From: Escherichia phage Ec_Makalu_002
Strand: one strand, 5' to 3'
Length of the DNA: 64,000 bases
Sequence record: MN709127.1
Below the pieces are notes generated by a model. It saw only the letters and a list, made by a program, of their open reading frames with translations, did not search any database and was not told where the DNA came from. Shown here in pieces: positions 43,458 to 53,623 of this stretch; positions within the stretch are counted from its first letter, which is position 1, and each line of letters begins with the position of its first letter. Position numbers and translations under genes: made by a program.

Positions 43458-44228
43458 ATGAATATTATCCGAATAAAACTACCGGAAGGTGTACAGCGAT
43501 TTAAACCATTCACGGTAAAAGATTATAGAGATTTCCTTCTGGTGTCAACTGAAATTAAGATGAATCCAGAAGAAGAACAAACTATACTGGATGAGCTACT
43601 AGAAGAAATATATCCAGACGTAGACCCTGCATTTCGTGAATATATTTTCCTGAACGTTTTTACTAGCTCAATAGGTAAAACAAAGATACCGCTTTGCTTT
43701 ACTTGCCCGACTTGCAACAAAGAAAGAAAAATGTTGCTCAACTTACAGGTCGAAGCACTAAAACCAATCGTTCTGGAGGCCGCAGGGCTTAAAATAACTT
43801 TCCGGTATGTGAAACCATCAACCGACTATGCAAAAACGTTTCTAGATGCGATAGAGCGTGTCTCTGATGGTGTTAATGATTATCTATGGACTGAATTACC
43901 GGAAGAAGTTAGAGATCAGGTTATCGATTCAATCTCATTTGCTGAATTTGAAGAAGTTGTTAAGCAGATGCACACGATCAAGATCGAACAAAAGATATCT
44001 TGCTGTGAAAGTCATGACCTGAAATACATAGGTCTTCTTCCATTATTCAAATTGTTGTTGAATCCAGATGAGTTATTCATCTTTTATCGAATAAACCATC
44101 TATTGGCAAAATCAAATTATTCTATCAGTGATCTTATGGACATGTTACCCGTCGAGAGAAACATTGCACTGACACTGGTCGAGAAAGACGTAAAAGAGGC
44201 AAACAATGCAAAGAACGGGGTTTCCTAA
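43458..44228 (+). CDS. 51: Baseplate hub assembly protein gp51
   Basis: 256 aa; divergent from gene 26 as in T4. Confidence 0.7.
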   Translation: MNIIRIKLPEGVQRFKPFTVKDYRDFLLVSTEIKMNPEEEQTILDELLEEIYPDVDPAFREYIFLNVFTSSIGKTKIPLCFTCPTCNKERKMLLNLQVEALKPIVLEAAGLKITFRYVKPSTDYAKTFLDAIERVSDGVNDYLWTELPEEVRDQVIDSISFAEFEEVVKQMHTIKIEQKISCCESHDLKYIGLLPLFKLLLNPDELFIFYRINHLLAKSNYSISDLMDMLPVERNIALTLVEKDVKEANNAKNGVS

Positions 44229-45315
44229 TGTCTCAATAAAACTTTATCAGGATTATGAGGCATTTCTAAATCATCGCTTTATAGAATTGGGTGCTACCTT
44301 TGTTACAATGACTCTGCGTGATTCGATTCGTGGGGTGAACGAAGGATTGTTGCAATTCTATGATAATAAAGCGATGCATACAAAATTAAACGGGCGGGAG
44401 ATCATTCAGATTTCGTTATCTACTGCCAACACAGATGAAGTGTTCAACCGAATCTATGGGATCTCTCATAGTAATGTAACGATTGACCAAAAATCCGACA
44501 ACATTTTAACATTCCAGTTAAAGAGCTATCACGAAACACTAAACCTTAAATTTTCTCGCGCATTGACAAATAACGCTGTTAATAACGTAACCAGTATGAT
44601 TGATGCCATCTATAAGGAAGTCCCTTTATGGAAACCAGCTATAAAAGGTGATAACGTTGTTATTCCTCGTTGTCCGTGGGTTAGTACCATAAATGACTAT
44701 ATGGATTTTGTGAGGGCATACGGGCAAAGCGTAGAAACCGAGTCTTTCGTGTATTGTTGGGAAGATTTTGATGGTATAACTATAGCCGGACACGATACAA
44801 TATTAAAAAATGAGCCAATACCAGCTATAATCTGTGAGCCTAGACTCATGGGGCAATTTATTGATATGTCACCTAATCTGATGGTTTTTAATTTCGAGTG
44901 GCAGACTAAGAGCAATGCTAAAGTTAAAAATTCATTTAACAATGTGACATACACGACTATTGATTTTGTTACTAAGCAGTATAATAAAATTGTTGTTGGT
45001 AACGGGGATAACATTGCTCATTTTGCACATGGTGGCGCTTATGGGGAGTTGACTTATAAGAATGCATTTTTGGAAGGTTCTAAACTTGCCACAATAGAAC
45101 AGTATGATTCATATGCTACCGCCGTGTGTCATGGTAATTTTTCATTGCGTCCTGGTATGGTAATTCGATTCTTTGACGAGAAGCAACAAGCACGCAATGA
45201 TTTTATTGTTGACGAAGTGGTGCATGAAATTAGCCGAGAACAATCATTAACTCACCTGTATATGATCGGTAACAGCGAAGAATTACAGGAAGTCAAATTT
45301 GAAGGTAAGATATAA
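44206..45315 (+). CDS. 27: Baseplate hub protein gp27
   Basis: 369 aa; synteny and size. Confidence 0.8.
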   Translation: MQRTGFPNVSIKLYQDYEAFLNHRFIELGATFVTMTLRDSIRGVNEGLLQFYDNKAMHTKLNGREIIQISLSTANTDEVFNRIYGISHSNVTIDQKSDNILTFQLKSYHETLNLKFSRALTNNAVNNVTSMIDAIYKEVPLWKPAIKGDNVVIPRCPWVSTINDYMDFVRAYGQSVETESFVYCWEDFDGITIAGHDTILKNEPIPAIICEPRLMGQFIDMSPNLMVFNFEWQTKSNAKVKNSFNNVTYTTIDFVTKQYNKIVVGNGDNIAHFAHGGAYGELTYKNAFLEGSKLATIEQYDSYATAVCHGNFSLRPGMVIRFFDEKQQARNDFIVDEVVHEISREQSLTHLYMIGNSEELQEVKFEGKI

Positions 45316-45833
45316 TGACAGAAACTAAACCTATGTTAAAATTTGTTGTTCCTGTAAAAACTTTAGAGATAAACGGGAAACATATCAAGATCCCAAAAAT
45401 GGGTATTAAGCAACATCGATTATTAAAAGATGTTCGTAGCTGCGATGAAACATTAAAGATTCTTCTTGATTCAATCTGCCCTGGGTTAAACGCTGCTGAG
45501 TCTGAATTGGTTATGCTTAATCTTTGTGCGTTTAATGGTAAATGTCTGGAAGAAAAAGACGGTCTTAAACTATCTGATGTGTATATTTGTACAGAAACTG
45601 AATTTGATTTAAATGGCAAAACATTTAAATTTAAAAATCCGATGTATACTTCTGACCCCATTATCGATGACGCTGATTTCTTGAGTCATCATTATCACGA
45701 TCCTAGTGTAGACTTCCATGACTTCCCAGCTTTTATTATGGATTGGGCTACAGGATTAAGAAAAACTATTGCACTGGATACGCCGGAAGGTACTATCTAT
45801 GGTGGAATTAACATATTGGATCGCCTATCATGA
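45315..45833 (+). CDS. 28: Baseplate hub protein gp28
   Basis: 172 aa; synteny and size. Confidence 0.75.
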   Translation: MTETKPMLKFVVPVKTLEINGKHIKIPKMGIKQHRLLKDVRSCDETLKILLDSICPGLNAAESELVMLNLCAFNGKCLEEKDGLKLSDVYICTETEFDLNGKTFKFKNPMYTSDPIIDDADFLSHHYHDPSVDFHDFPAFIMDWATGLRKTIALDTPEGTIYGGINILDRLS

Positions 45834-47563
45834 ATGACGCATTAACATCATTTCGCGGGATGCGCAAGGAAGCGGAAGAAAATCCGATTGATAAACTTAA
45901 CAAATTAGATAAACTTGATTCTATTGATAATTTGCAAGCCGCTACCGAATTGGTGGCGGAGACAGTAGAACAAAAATCTAATGAAGTTGTTGGTGCGGTA
46001 GAGGATAACACCGCAGCCAATGAATTAACGGCAGAGAATACACAATCTACCGCTGGCAATACCCAAAAAACTTATGAAGAATTGCAAAAACTCAATAATT
46101 TCTCTTCTCAGATGAATGAGAAATTACGTGGTTTTGGCGTTATGATGGAACGTAGATTTGGTGTTGTCAGTAAAATGGCGAGCGGTATTGGTGCGATTGA
46201 AGAAGCACTGAAAAAACCGGAACAACCGCAAACAATGCCATCACCTCAGCCAGTTTTGCCTACTGTACCGGAACAGCCTAATAATGACAACTATCAAGGT
46301 CTTCCAAAGAAAAAACCAGATGTTGATGACCGAAAGAAAAAGAACGCCACAGATAAGCGTAATGCGGATTCTATGGAGAATCTTATTAAAGTTGTTCGTG
46401 GTGGATTTAAAGAAACCATAGGAATCTCTAATAAGGTCTTAGGGATGTTATTTAAGATCACCTTAACCGCAATGGCAGAAGCCGCAAAATGGGGTGCTAT
46501 TTTGATGGGTATTGTTTTCGTCATTGATACCCTGATGGTTCATTTCAGATATTGGAGCGATTTATTCGAAACAAAATTCGATGATTTTATGGATAAGGCC
46601 GGAGAATGGGCTGGACCAATTAGTGATATTCTAACAACTATTCGTCAAGTTCGAGATTATTGGTCTAAAGGCGAATATGGAGAATTAATTAAATCTCTTG
46701 TTATGGGTATTGGTGATGCATTCTATAAAACCTTTATCCAACTTGATCGAATTATCACTACTGGTATTGCTAAAATTCTTCGCATGATTCCTGGTATGGG
46801 TGATTATGCCGATAAGTTAGAATATGGTGCTTTAAAATCTGCTGTCGCTCAAGGATATACGCCAAATGAAAGAGAACTCGAATTAATGGATAAGGTCGAG
46901 TCTGAACACGAAAAAGACAAGTATGGAGAGCGCACAGGGTGGACCGGAAAAGCCCGTGATATTGGCGAAGCTATCGGGGATTCTATTAAGGATAAAGTTA
47001 ACGAAGGTCTTGTTAGTCTGGGTTGGCGAGATCAAAAGGATGTTGACGCAGAGAAGCGACAAGAAGAATTAAAGCGCGGAGAATATGAGTCTGTTTCTGC
47101 TGAACAACGATCTGCTAGTCGTAAACTTAGAATTAAAAGTGAGGGCGCGATCAACAATATTAATGAAGTTATGGAGAATTTGAGCGGTGACTATGACAAA
47201 GAAAGAATGGGAGAGTTGAAAAAGGATATTGATGTTTACCGTGAGAAAGTTCAAGATCCTACATTAGTTGAAAGTGATCGTTCTCAGTTAGAGCGTCTTA
47301 TTGAAAAATTTGATGAGATGTATGCTGATAAAACTAAGGGTGTTGTGCAAACACAGCCAGTTCCTGCAACTGAAACGGAAACAGCAAAACAAGCGGAACG
47401 TACTGAACAAATGCAGAAACAAGCTGCAATCCAGCAACAAACGACAAATCAGACCTCAAACGTAAATAATACACAAATTGTAACAAACAATAGAACTATT
47501 AAACAGGGTGCACCAACAACTAGAATTGATGCCCCAGGTACAATTAATATGGGGAACTTTTAA
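45830..47563 (+). CDS. 29: Tail tape measure / baseplate hub protein gp29
   Basis: 577 aa; synteny and size (T4 gp29 590 aa). Confidence 0.8.
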   Translation: MNDALTSFRGMRKEAEENPIDKLNKLDKLDSIDNLQAATELVAETVEQKSNEVVGAVEDNTAANELTAENTQSTAGNTQKTYEELQKLNNFSSQMNEKLRGFGVMMERRFGVVSKMASGIGAIEEALKKPEQPQTMPSPQPVLPTVPEQPNNDNYQGLPKKKPDVDDRKKKNATDKRNADSMENLIKVVRGGFKETIGISNKVLGMLFKITLTAMAEAAKWGAILMGIVFVIDTLMVHFRYWSDLFETKFDDFMDKAGEWAGPISDILTTIRQVRDYWSKGEYGELIKSLVMGIGDAFYKTFIQLDRIITTGIAKILRMIPGMGDYADKLEYGALKSAVAQGYTPNERELELMDKVESEHEKDKYGERTGWTGKARDIGEAIGDSIKDKVNEGLVSLGWRDQKDVDAEKRQEELKRGEYESVSAEQRSASRKLRIKSEGAINNINEVMENLSGDYDKERMGELKKDIDVYREKVQDPTLVESDRSQLERLIEKFDEMYADKTKGVVQTQPVPATETETAKQAERTEQMQKQAAIQQQTTNQTSNVNNTQIVTNNRTIKQGAPTTRIDAPGTINMGNF

Positions 47564-48621
47564 TGAAAATTAGTGTTATCAATGATGCCGTTGATAGCTT
47601 TAAAGCGGGGGTTAAAACCTCCGCTGGTTTTACCTCAAAAAATAAAGGGAAAACATTAACCGCTCAATTCCCCGCTGAACGTGCTAGCGGTAATGATGCT
47701 AGCGGTTATTATATCAACGACTTATATAATAATGGTCTGTTATTCACTGCATACGATTATACATCTCGTACTACCGGATCGTTGCGTGATTTCAGGAAAA
47801 AGAAAAATGTTGCTAGTGGTTTTGGTGGTAGCGTTAATATCGCTGGTTTTGATTTAAATTTGGGTGGGAGAAATGCTGCATTTGACCGAGAGGCAATTGC
47901 TAATATTCTTCTTCCTCGTAGTCAATCTGACGTTGACGCTGCTAGCCATAAGTTTAATGATGTTGGTGAATCTGTTATTTCTCGCGGTGGTGGTACTTTA
48001 GGAGGTGCTCTTTCTAATATGGCATCTACTGCCGTTTTTGGTGGTATCGAAAGTATTACTGGTGGATATCTTGCCGATCACGGTGAACAGATTTATAATA
48101 CTGCTCGAAGCATGTATGCTGGTGCTGACGCACGAACTAAAAACTACGTATGGCATCTAACCCCACGTAGTATTGAAGACCTTCGCAATATTCTAATCAT
48201 ATACGAAACGTTTTTAGAATTGTCTTATGGTTCTAGTGGTATTTCCAGCACCGCAAAAGAATTAAAAGCGGAAGTTGATGCGTGGTATAAAAATACACTA
48301 TTGAGAAAATCCACCCCAGAGGAAGCGAAGAGAAACGATACTCTGTTTGAAGGGATCACCGATTTTCTATCAAACGTAATTACTGTATCTAACCCGACAA
48401 TATGGATGATCTCTAACTTCGGCAAGCGTACATCGTTTGAAGGGCGTAGCGATGCATTTGGTCCCGCTCAGATCTCAAGTGTACGTCTGGACAAGTCGCC
48501 TGATGGTAAGTTTAATGGCCTTGCTATTTCTCCTAACTTGCCGAGTACCTTTGTTCTGGAAGTATCATTTAGAGAGATCTTGACACTTTCCCGTGGTACT
48601 ATATTTGGGAGTGCGGCATAA
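47563..48621 (+). CDS. 48: Baseplate tail-tube cap protein gp48
   Basis: 352 aa; synteny and size. Confidence 0.8.
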   Translation: MKISVINDAVDSFKAGVKTSAGFTSKNKGKTLTAQFPAERASGNDASGYYINDLYNNGLLFTAYDYTSRTTGSLRDFRKKKNVASGFGGSVNIAGFDLNLGGRNAAFDREAIANILLPRSQSDVDAASHKFNDVGESVISRGGGTLGGALSNMASTAVFGGIESITGGYLADHGEQIYNTARSMYAGADARTKNYVWHLTPRSIEDLRNILIIYETFLELSYGSSGISSTAKELKAEVDAWYKNTLLRKSTPEEAKRNDTLFEGITDFLSNVITVSNPTIWMISNFGKRTSFEGRSDAFGPAQISSVRLDKSPDGKFNGLAISPNLPSTFVLEVSFREILTLSRGTIFGSAA

Positions 48622-49553
48622 TGTTTGATTTAAATGACTTTAACGAACAAGCCGCTAACCTTGACTTTCAGCGATCTAACTTATTCAGCGTGGCATTTGC
48701 CACCACTCCAAGTAATAAGACACAAGCGATCCTAGAAAGTATGGGCGGTGCGGTATATGATATTATACCAAATGCATTAAATGACTATTTCGGGATTACT
48801 CGTGGTGATTATACTGACGCATTAACAAATCTTGCTGTACAGGGTGTTAGGCGTGCTGTTGATTCATCCGGTGTCAAAAAGTATCTTTTAGGTGCAATGT
48901 CATCCCGCGTAGTTCAATCTCTTCTGGGGCAATTTGATGTTGGTACATATGCGCTTGACTGGTTCAATATGGCATATAAGACAAGCGGTCTTCTGGTGTA
49001 TGCTGTTAAGGTTCCAGAAAACAGATTGAATTATGAAATAGACCGCAACCACAATGCGCCAAACATTCGAATTACGGGACGTGATTTTGATCCGCTTGTA
49101 TTGAGCTTTAGAATGGACTCTAGCGCATCAAACTATAGAGCAATGCAGGATTGGGTTAACTCAGTAGAAGACCCCGTTACAGGGCTTCGTGCGCTTCCTG
49201 TTGACGTTGAAGCAGATATTCAGGTTAACTTACATAACCGAATGGGAGTTCCTCACACGATCATGATGTTTAATGGTTGTGTTCCTGTTGGTGTGAGTGC
49301 ACCGGAATTAACCTATGAAAATAACAACGAAATTACAACATTCGATGTTACTTTTGCGTATAGGACTATGCAAACTGGTGCTGTAGGAGAGCAAGCCGCG
49401 CGAGAATGGATTGAGGATAAGGCAATAAACGCAATAACAAACACTTTCGGCAACAATTTACTTGATAGTGGGTTATCTGCTGCTGGTAATGCTTTATCGC
49501 GTCTAAATGGCGTCGGTGGGCGTGTGGTGAATACTGTCACTAACTGGTTCTGA
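48621..49553 (+). CDS. 54: Baseplate tail-tube initiator gp54
   Basis: 310 aa; synteny and size. Confidence 0.8.
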   Translation: MFDLNDFNEQAANLDFQRSNLFSVAFATTPSNKTQAILESMGGAVYDIIPNALNDYFGITRGDYTDALTNLAVQGVRRAVDSSGVKKYLLGAMSSRVVQSLLGQFDVGTYALDWFNMAYKTSGLLVYAVKVPENRLNYEIDRNHNAPNIRITGRDFDPLVLSFRMDSSASNYRAMQDWVNSVEDPVTGLRALPVDVEADIQVNLHNRMGVPHTIMMFNGCVPVGVSAPELTYENNNEITTFDVTFAYRTMQTGAVGEQAAREWIEDKAINAITNTFGNNLLDSGLSAAGNALSRLNGVGGRVVNTVTNWF

Positions 49554-49560
49554 TAAGCGA

Positions 49561-49588
49561 AAGGCGGGGGACAATCCCCCGCCTTTTT
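49561..49588. terminator. Bidirectional terminator between gene 54 and the convergent minus-strand operon
   Basis: GGCGGGGG-ACAAT-CCCCCGCC followed by TTTTT; A-rich on the other side. Confidence 0.65.
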
Positions 49589-50072
49589 ATTTTGCTAAAT
49601 CATTGCAATATTTTAGTGCCTTAGTTTGAAACTCTGCGCTGTTAAGTTCTTCATAACGGTCATAATCACCGTTTAATGCTGCCTTTCTTGCTTCTTGTTC
49701 TATCTGCATGTCAGACATGATAATACAACGATCCCGCGCTTTCATCTTCTCAAGTTGTATAGACTCTTCTTGTTGCTTGCGCAATTCTTCTTGATGCTTC
49801 TTTTCTTCTCGTGCTTTCTCTTCCCGCGCTTCTTTGATTGCATCTTTGAACATCTGCGTTTGTGGTGCTAAACCAACTTTAACGCGATCCACGTCTCGAC
49901 GTTCCATTTTAGAAATAAAACATGATTCGATCTGGTCATCGCTTGCATATGCTGCTTTACATTCACGAAGCAAGAAAACCGGATCTGATTTAGCATTCAT
50001 CATAGCTTCCATGTTAGTACAACCAGTAAGCATGAATGCAGCCGCAAGACCAATCAGTTTAATCATTTTCAT
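49587..50072 (-). CDS. Predicted lipoprotein with coiled-coil region
   Basis: N-terminus MKMIKLIGLAAAFMLTGC (signal peptide with lipobox LTGC); start overlaps stop of upstream gene by 4 nt. Confidence 0.55.
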   Translation of the reverse strand: MKMIKLIGLAAAFMLTGCTNMEAMMNAKSDPVFLLRECKAAYASDDQIESCFISKMERRDVDRVKVGLAPQTQMFKDAIKEAREEKAREEKKHQEELRKQQEESIQLEKMKARDRCIIMSDMQIEQEARKAALNGDYDRYEELNSAEFQTKALKYCNDLAK

Positions 50073-50893
50073 TTAGTCACCTCACCGAAAATTGTAAATT
50101 GTCTACGATTCTCATCGCCGAAAGATTCTACTACGTCGTTTACCTTGATGCAAGTCCCGCGCGGTAAAATTACTTCACATTCGCAAGGATTCCATGCAAT
50201 AGACCCAACAACAAAACCTTTATGATCTTTTACGTCAATTACCCATGATACATTACAAGAATGTTGCATCTTTCCGGTCATTGATTCATATCGATTCTCA
50301 CAATAAAGGCTAGTGCTGTTTGAAAGCCATCCTCCAAAGATGATCGGTGTCATGCTGGTCGATACAAAGTTTTTAAAGGTAAATTCCTTATCTTCAATAA
50401 TACGCTCTATTGTCTGAATGTCAAGATGTTGACCGCGATAAAGAGTACCGTTTAACTTTTCGGTTTTATCCATGACACAATCCATCAAATCGACAATCTC
50501 TGATATCTCATCGGTCATGTCTTCTTCCCCTAAGAGAGCACCATTTACCCATTCGTATTGTTCAGACACATAATCGCAGATTGCATTATATTCTGCTGGG
50601 GTTATGTTGTTATGTTTGTAATGTTTGAATACATTATCTCCAAAATCTTCGGAATGTACTTCATACATCACATTAATGATTTTCTTGACAAATCCATAAT
50701 CTTGCGTTTCTTGCTCAAGGAAACGGATAACTTTCACGTAATCATCAAAGTTAATATGATCGCTGATCATTTCAGTGATCATGTAACCATTAATCCCCTC
50801 AATGCCATATGTTTCGATGTAATTATCCATACGTTCCATCATTGATTCGCGTGATTCTTCGGAAAGGCGAAAATCCTGTAATTTCTTGAACAT
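50069..50893 (-). CDS. ADP-ribosyltransferase, short Alt/Mod-like paralogue
   Basis: R-S-E motif triad: LYRGQ, FVSTS, ECEVILPRG; ATG with GGAGG site. Confidence 0.65.
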   Translation of the reverse strand: MFKKLQDFRLSEESRESMMERMDNYIETYGIEGINGYMITEMISDHINFDDYVKVIRFLEQETQDYGFVKKIINVMYEVHSEDFGDNVFKHYKHNNITPAEYNAICDYVSEQYEWVNGALLGEEDMTDEISEIVDLMDCVMDKTEKLNGTLYRGQHLDIQTIERIIEDKEFTFKNFVSTSMTPIIFGGWLSNSTSLYCENRYESMTGKMQHSCNVSWVIDVKDHKGFVVGSIAWNPCECEVILPRGTCIKVNDVVESFGDENRRQFTIFGEVTK

Positions 50894-50972
50894 TTTAAAC
50901 CTCCCATATAACAGAAAACGGGGCTAGTATAAAACTAGTCCCCGTTTGAGTCAACCATTATTTCTTAAAAAA

Positions 50973-53024
50973 TTACATTTTAAATTTATCCGGCATAGCG
51001 TCTACAGACACAAGATCAGCGATAAGCTGACGTAGAGTTGCCTTATCTGCTTTCTTACGTTCGGTTTTAGCTTCGGTAATGAAGCTGGAGAAAGACAGGT
51101 CAGAAGCAGGTTTAACAACACCTTCACGGATGAATGCATCACCGTCCGCGATCATCTCACCAGATTCTTGTAATGCTGCCAGTTCATTTTTGTTCATAAT
51201 ATGTGCCTCGATGTAATAAGTTTCTTGTGAATCCGTCGATGCCGTAGCACGAGTTACCGTATCAAAGGATAACACAACACCGCGAGGAAGTAAAATCTCG
51301 CATTCTTTGTAAGCAAATGCTTTGTTACCTACTGGCAATACAGGGATGTTTTCCGCGCCAGCAATGGAGAAAGCAACATTAGCGCCACCTTCACCGCGAG
51401 ATCCCGCCATAGAATCAACACCAGCAACGGCACTAGCCACGTTTGCATTCCAGCCACCAAAAATATTAGGTGCAAGGGAAGTGCTCACATAGTTTTTAAA
51501 GTAAAACGCTTTTTGCTTACGTGCAGTTTCCCACATTTGCGACCGGAAGTCCATACCACGATACAAGATAGTACCTGGATCAAGTTTAACACCATAGTTA
51601 GCAAATGCGTTATCCAGTGCATCACACATCTTGACCAATTCTTCTGGGTCTGCGATGCCTTCAAACTCTTCCAGCTTACGGTCGGTTAGGAAGTTGTTCA
51701 TATTGATGTATGCTGCATCCGCATATTCGCTCAACACAAAACCTTCCGCGCCAGGCAGATCAAGATCAATATCTGCCATCATTTCACCCATGTTGCTAGC
51801 AATTGCTTCAAACATACCGGAAGCAACATTACGCAGGGCATCGGTTTTAATCTGCGTGATGTGACTACGCAGCATTTCAGCTTTTACATCTGCTGGCATA
51901 GACTGGTCGACGCGATCCATTGCCAGGGCGGTGATCTTGTTTTCGAATACTTCCTCGCTCATGATTTCTTTTAAGCGTTTGATTGATGCTGCGATGACTT
52001 CCGCAGACAACGGATCATATTGATCCTGAACTTTTACCAGTTCGCTTACTGCATATTTTGCATCGGCTTCGCTTTCAAAAATAGTACGCATGAAACCATA
52101 GCGAGTGATAATATCACTTGTCCAGTCATTCAGAGAACGGGCGGTTGAACGTTCTAAGGCTTGACGGTCAATCAGAGTATTAAACTGTTTCTTAGGTTCT
52201 GCTTCGGTGATATCTTCTTCCGGTTTAAGATTAATTTTTTCTGGATGATTCACATAGTCGCTGTTATAGGTCGCTTGAGTTTTCAGCATTTCTTCTTTAG
52301 TCAAACGAGATTTAGCCGCTACGCGTTGTTCTGCTTCCGCGTTTCGTTCTTCTTCCGACACAAGACTAGCCGCATACGCCTCATCTTTAGTCAGAGATTC
52401 ACCAGTAGCCTTAGATACCCAGCGATCACCTAAATCACTTTCTACTTTAGTGAACAGGGATTCATCGAGTTTAATCCCTTTAATCTTATCAATCGCCATC
52501 CCGCGACGTTTGACAACAACTAAAGCGATCTTTTTGCTGGTCATTACTTCCTGCTGGAATACTTCAAACTTCGGTGTACGACGCACCAAACGCTCTATAA
52601 CGCGCTTAACCAGTTCGGTCTTACCTTTCATGCGGGATACGTTAAAACGGAACATAACAGCGTCTAATTGCGCTTTACGGGCTGTTTCCATGACCACATC
52701 AAAAGCACTTGACATAACTGCAATCGGGTTATCTCCTAGACCATTTTTAAGCTGTACAATACGACCGCTTTTGTTCATTTCGCACAGTACAACATGTGCG
52801 GTCTTGTCACCCATACGAATGATTTTAGGTGTTTTGTTGGTGAAGTTACAAAGACGGACAATCACATCTTTATCGCGTGTCTGTACTGCAAAAAGCTGTT
52901 TAGGATTCTGCTTAGGCTTTAAGCACTGTACCGGAGCAATACTGCCAAAGTTTTCTTCCTCTTCCGTCAACAGCCATTTCTCGAAAGATTCAATCATTAG
53001 ATCGTCGATTTCTAAGTTAAACAT
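50973..53024 (-). CDS. alt: ADP-ribosyltransferase Alt
   Basis: 683 aa (T4 Alt 682 aa); C-terminal R-S-E motifs LYRGMD, YVSTS, ECEILLPRG; position next to gene 54. Confidence 0.8.
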   Translation of the reverse strand: MFNLEIDDLMIESFEKWLLTEEEENFGSIAPVQCLKPKQNPKQLFAVQTRDKDVIVRLCNFTNKTPKIIRMGDKTAHVVLCEMNKSGRIVQLKNGLGDNPIAVMSSAFDVVMETARKAQLDAVMFRFNVSRMKGKTELVKRVIERLVRRTPKFEVFQQEVMTSKKIALVVVKRRGMAIDKIKGIKLDESLFTKVESDLGDRWVSKATGESLTKDEAYAASLVSEEERNAEAEQRVAAKSRLTKEEMLKTQATYNSDYVNHPEKINLKPEEDITEAEPKKQFNTLIDRQALERSTARSLNDWTSDIITRYGFMRTIFESEADAKYAVSELVKVQDQYDPLSAEVIAASIKRLKEIMSEEVFENKITALAMDRVDQSMPADVKAEMLRSHITQIKTDALRNVASGMFEAIASNMGEMMADIDLDLPGAEGFVLSEYADAAYINMNNFLTDRKLEEFEGIADPEELVKMCDALDNAFANYGVKLDPGTILYRGMDFRSQMWETARKQKAFYFKNYVSTSLAPNIFGGWNANVASAVAGVDSMAGSRGEGGANVAFSIAGAENIPVLPVGNKAFAYKECEILLPRGVVLSFDTVTRATASTDSQETYYIEAHIMNKNELAALQESGEMIADGDAFIREGVVKPASDLSFSSFITEAKTERKKADKATLRQLIADLVSVDAMPDKFKM

Positions 53025-53065
53025 TTTATATCCTCTAGTTGATAACCTATAAACCTATATTTATG

Positions 53066-53088
53066 AAAAAGGGGCTTAACACCCCCAT
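53066..53088 (-). terminator. Minus-strand terminator upstream of alt
   Basis: GGGGGTGTTAAGCCCC followed by T-run on minus strand. Confidence 0.5.
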
Positions 53089-53091
53089 TTA

Positions 53092-53304
53092 TTATAATGC
53101 ACCATCGAGCAATTGCTCTAAGGTGTATCCTGAATAGTCTTTTTCAATCAGGATATATTTTCCTACTCGTTTAATACAACCGCGCATTTCAACGTATTCT
53201 GCGTAGTTGATGGTGCGAGTTGTTCCATCTTCTAGTAAAGCAGTACCGATTTCGTTAATGCGGTCATAAGTTACGTCGGTAATGATGATTTCGATGTTAG
53301 CCAT
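53092..53304 (-). CDS. Hypothetical early protein
   Basis: 70 aa; ATG preceded by conserved AGGAG leader. Confidence 0.5.
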   Translation of the reverse strand: MANIEIIITDVTYDRINEIGTALLEDGTTRTINYAEYVEMRGCIKRVGKYILIEKDYSGYTLEQLLDGAL

Positions 53305-53340
53305 TTGATACTCCTTAGTAGTTCGTTTCGGTATGGGTGT

Positions 53341-53369
53341 ATTATGATATACACCCTCTGTTATGTCAA
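53341..53369 (-). promoter_or_regulatory. Early sigma70-type promoter (TTGACA-17-CATAAT)
   Basis: Member of the repeated promoter/leader module family. Confidence 0.5.
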
Positions 53370-53375
53370 CAACTT

Positions 53376-53555
53376 TTAGAACATTTTTGAAATTAATTCT
53401 GCTTTGATTTCGCAGAGAACATCTAAAGATTTCTCGTCACCCGCTTTTGCTGCTTCTGCTTGCATTTTTGAAATGGCTTCAATGTCAGTGCAATTATAAG
53501 CCGCTTGAACTTTAGCGATTGCGATGATTGCCGATTCGATGGTTAAGTGTTTCAT
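53376..53555 (-). CDS. Small hypothetical early protein (59 aa)
   Basis: ATG preceded by conserved leader ...AAAGGAGAATCAAAC; below ORF-track cut-off. Confidence 0.45.
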   Translation of the reverse strand: MKHLTIESAIIAIAKVQAAYNCTDIEAISKMQAEAAKAGDEKSLDVLCEIKAELISKMF

Positions 53556-53587
53556 GTTTGATTCTCCTTTCGTTTCGGTATGTGTGC

Positions 53588-53616
53588 AGTATAGGGGATC
53601 GCCGATCCCCTGTCAA
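53588..53616 (-). promoter_or_regulatory. Early promoter with palindromic spacer (TTGACA-GGGGATCGGCGATCCCC-TATACT)
   Basis: Hexamers at 17-bp spacing; the spacer is a GATC-containing hairpin. Confidence 0.6.
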
Positions 53617-53623
53617 CAACTTT

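Noticed and set aside
52450-53052. 200-aa plus-strand ORF within alt
   Set aside because: Antisense to the well-supported alt reading frame; no ribosome site.
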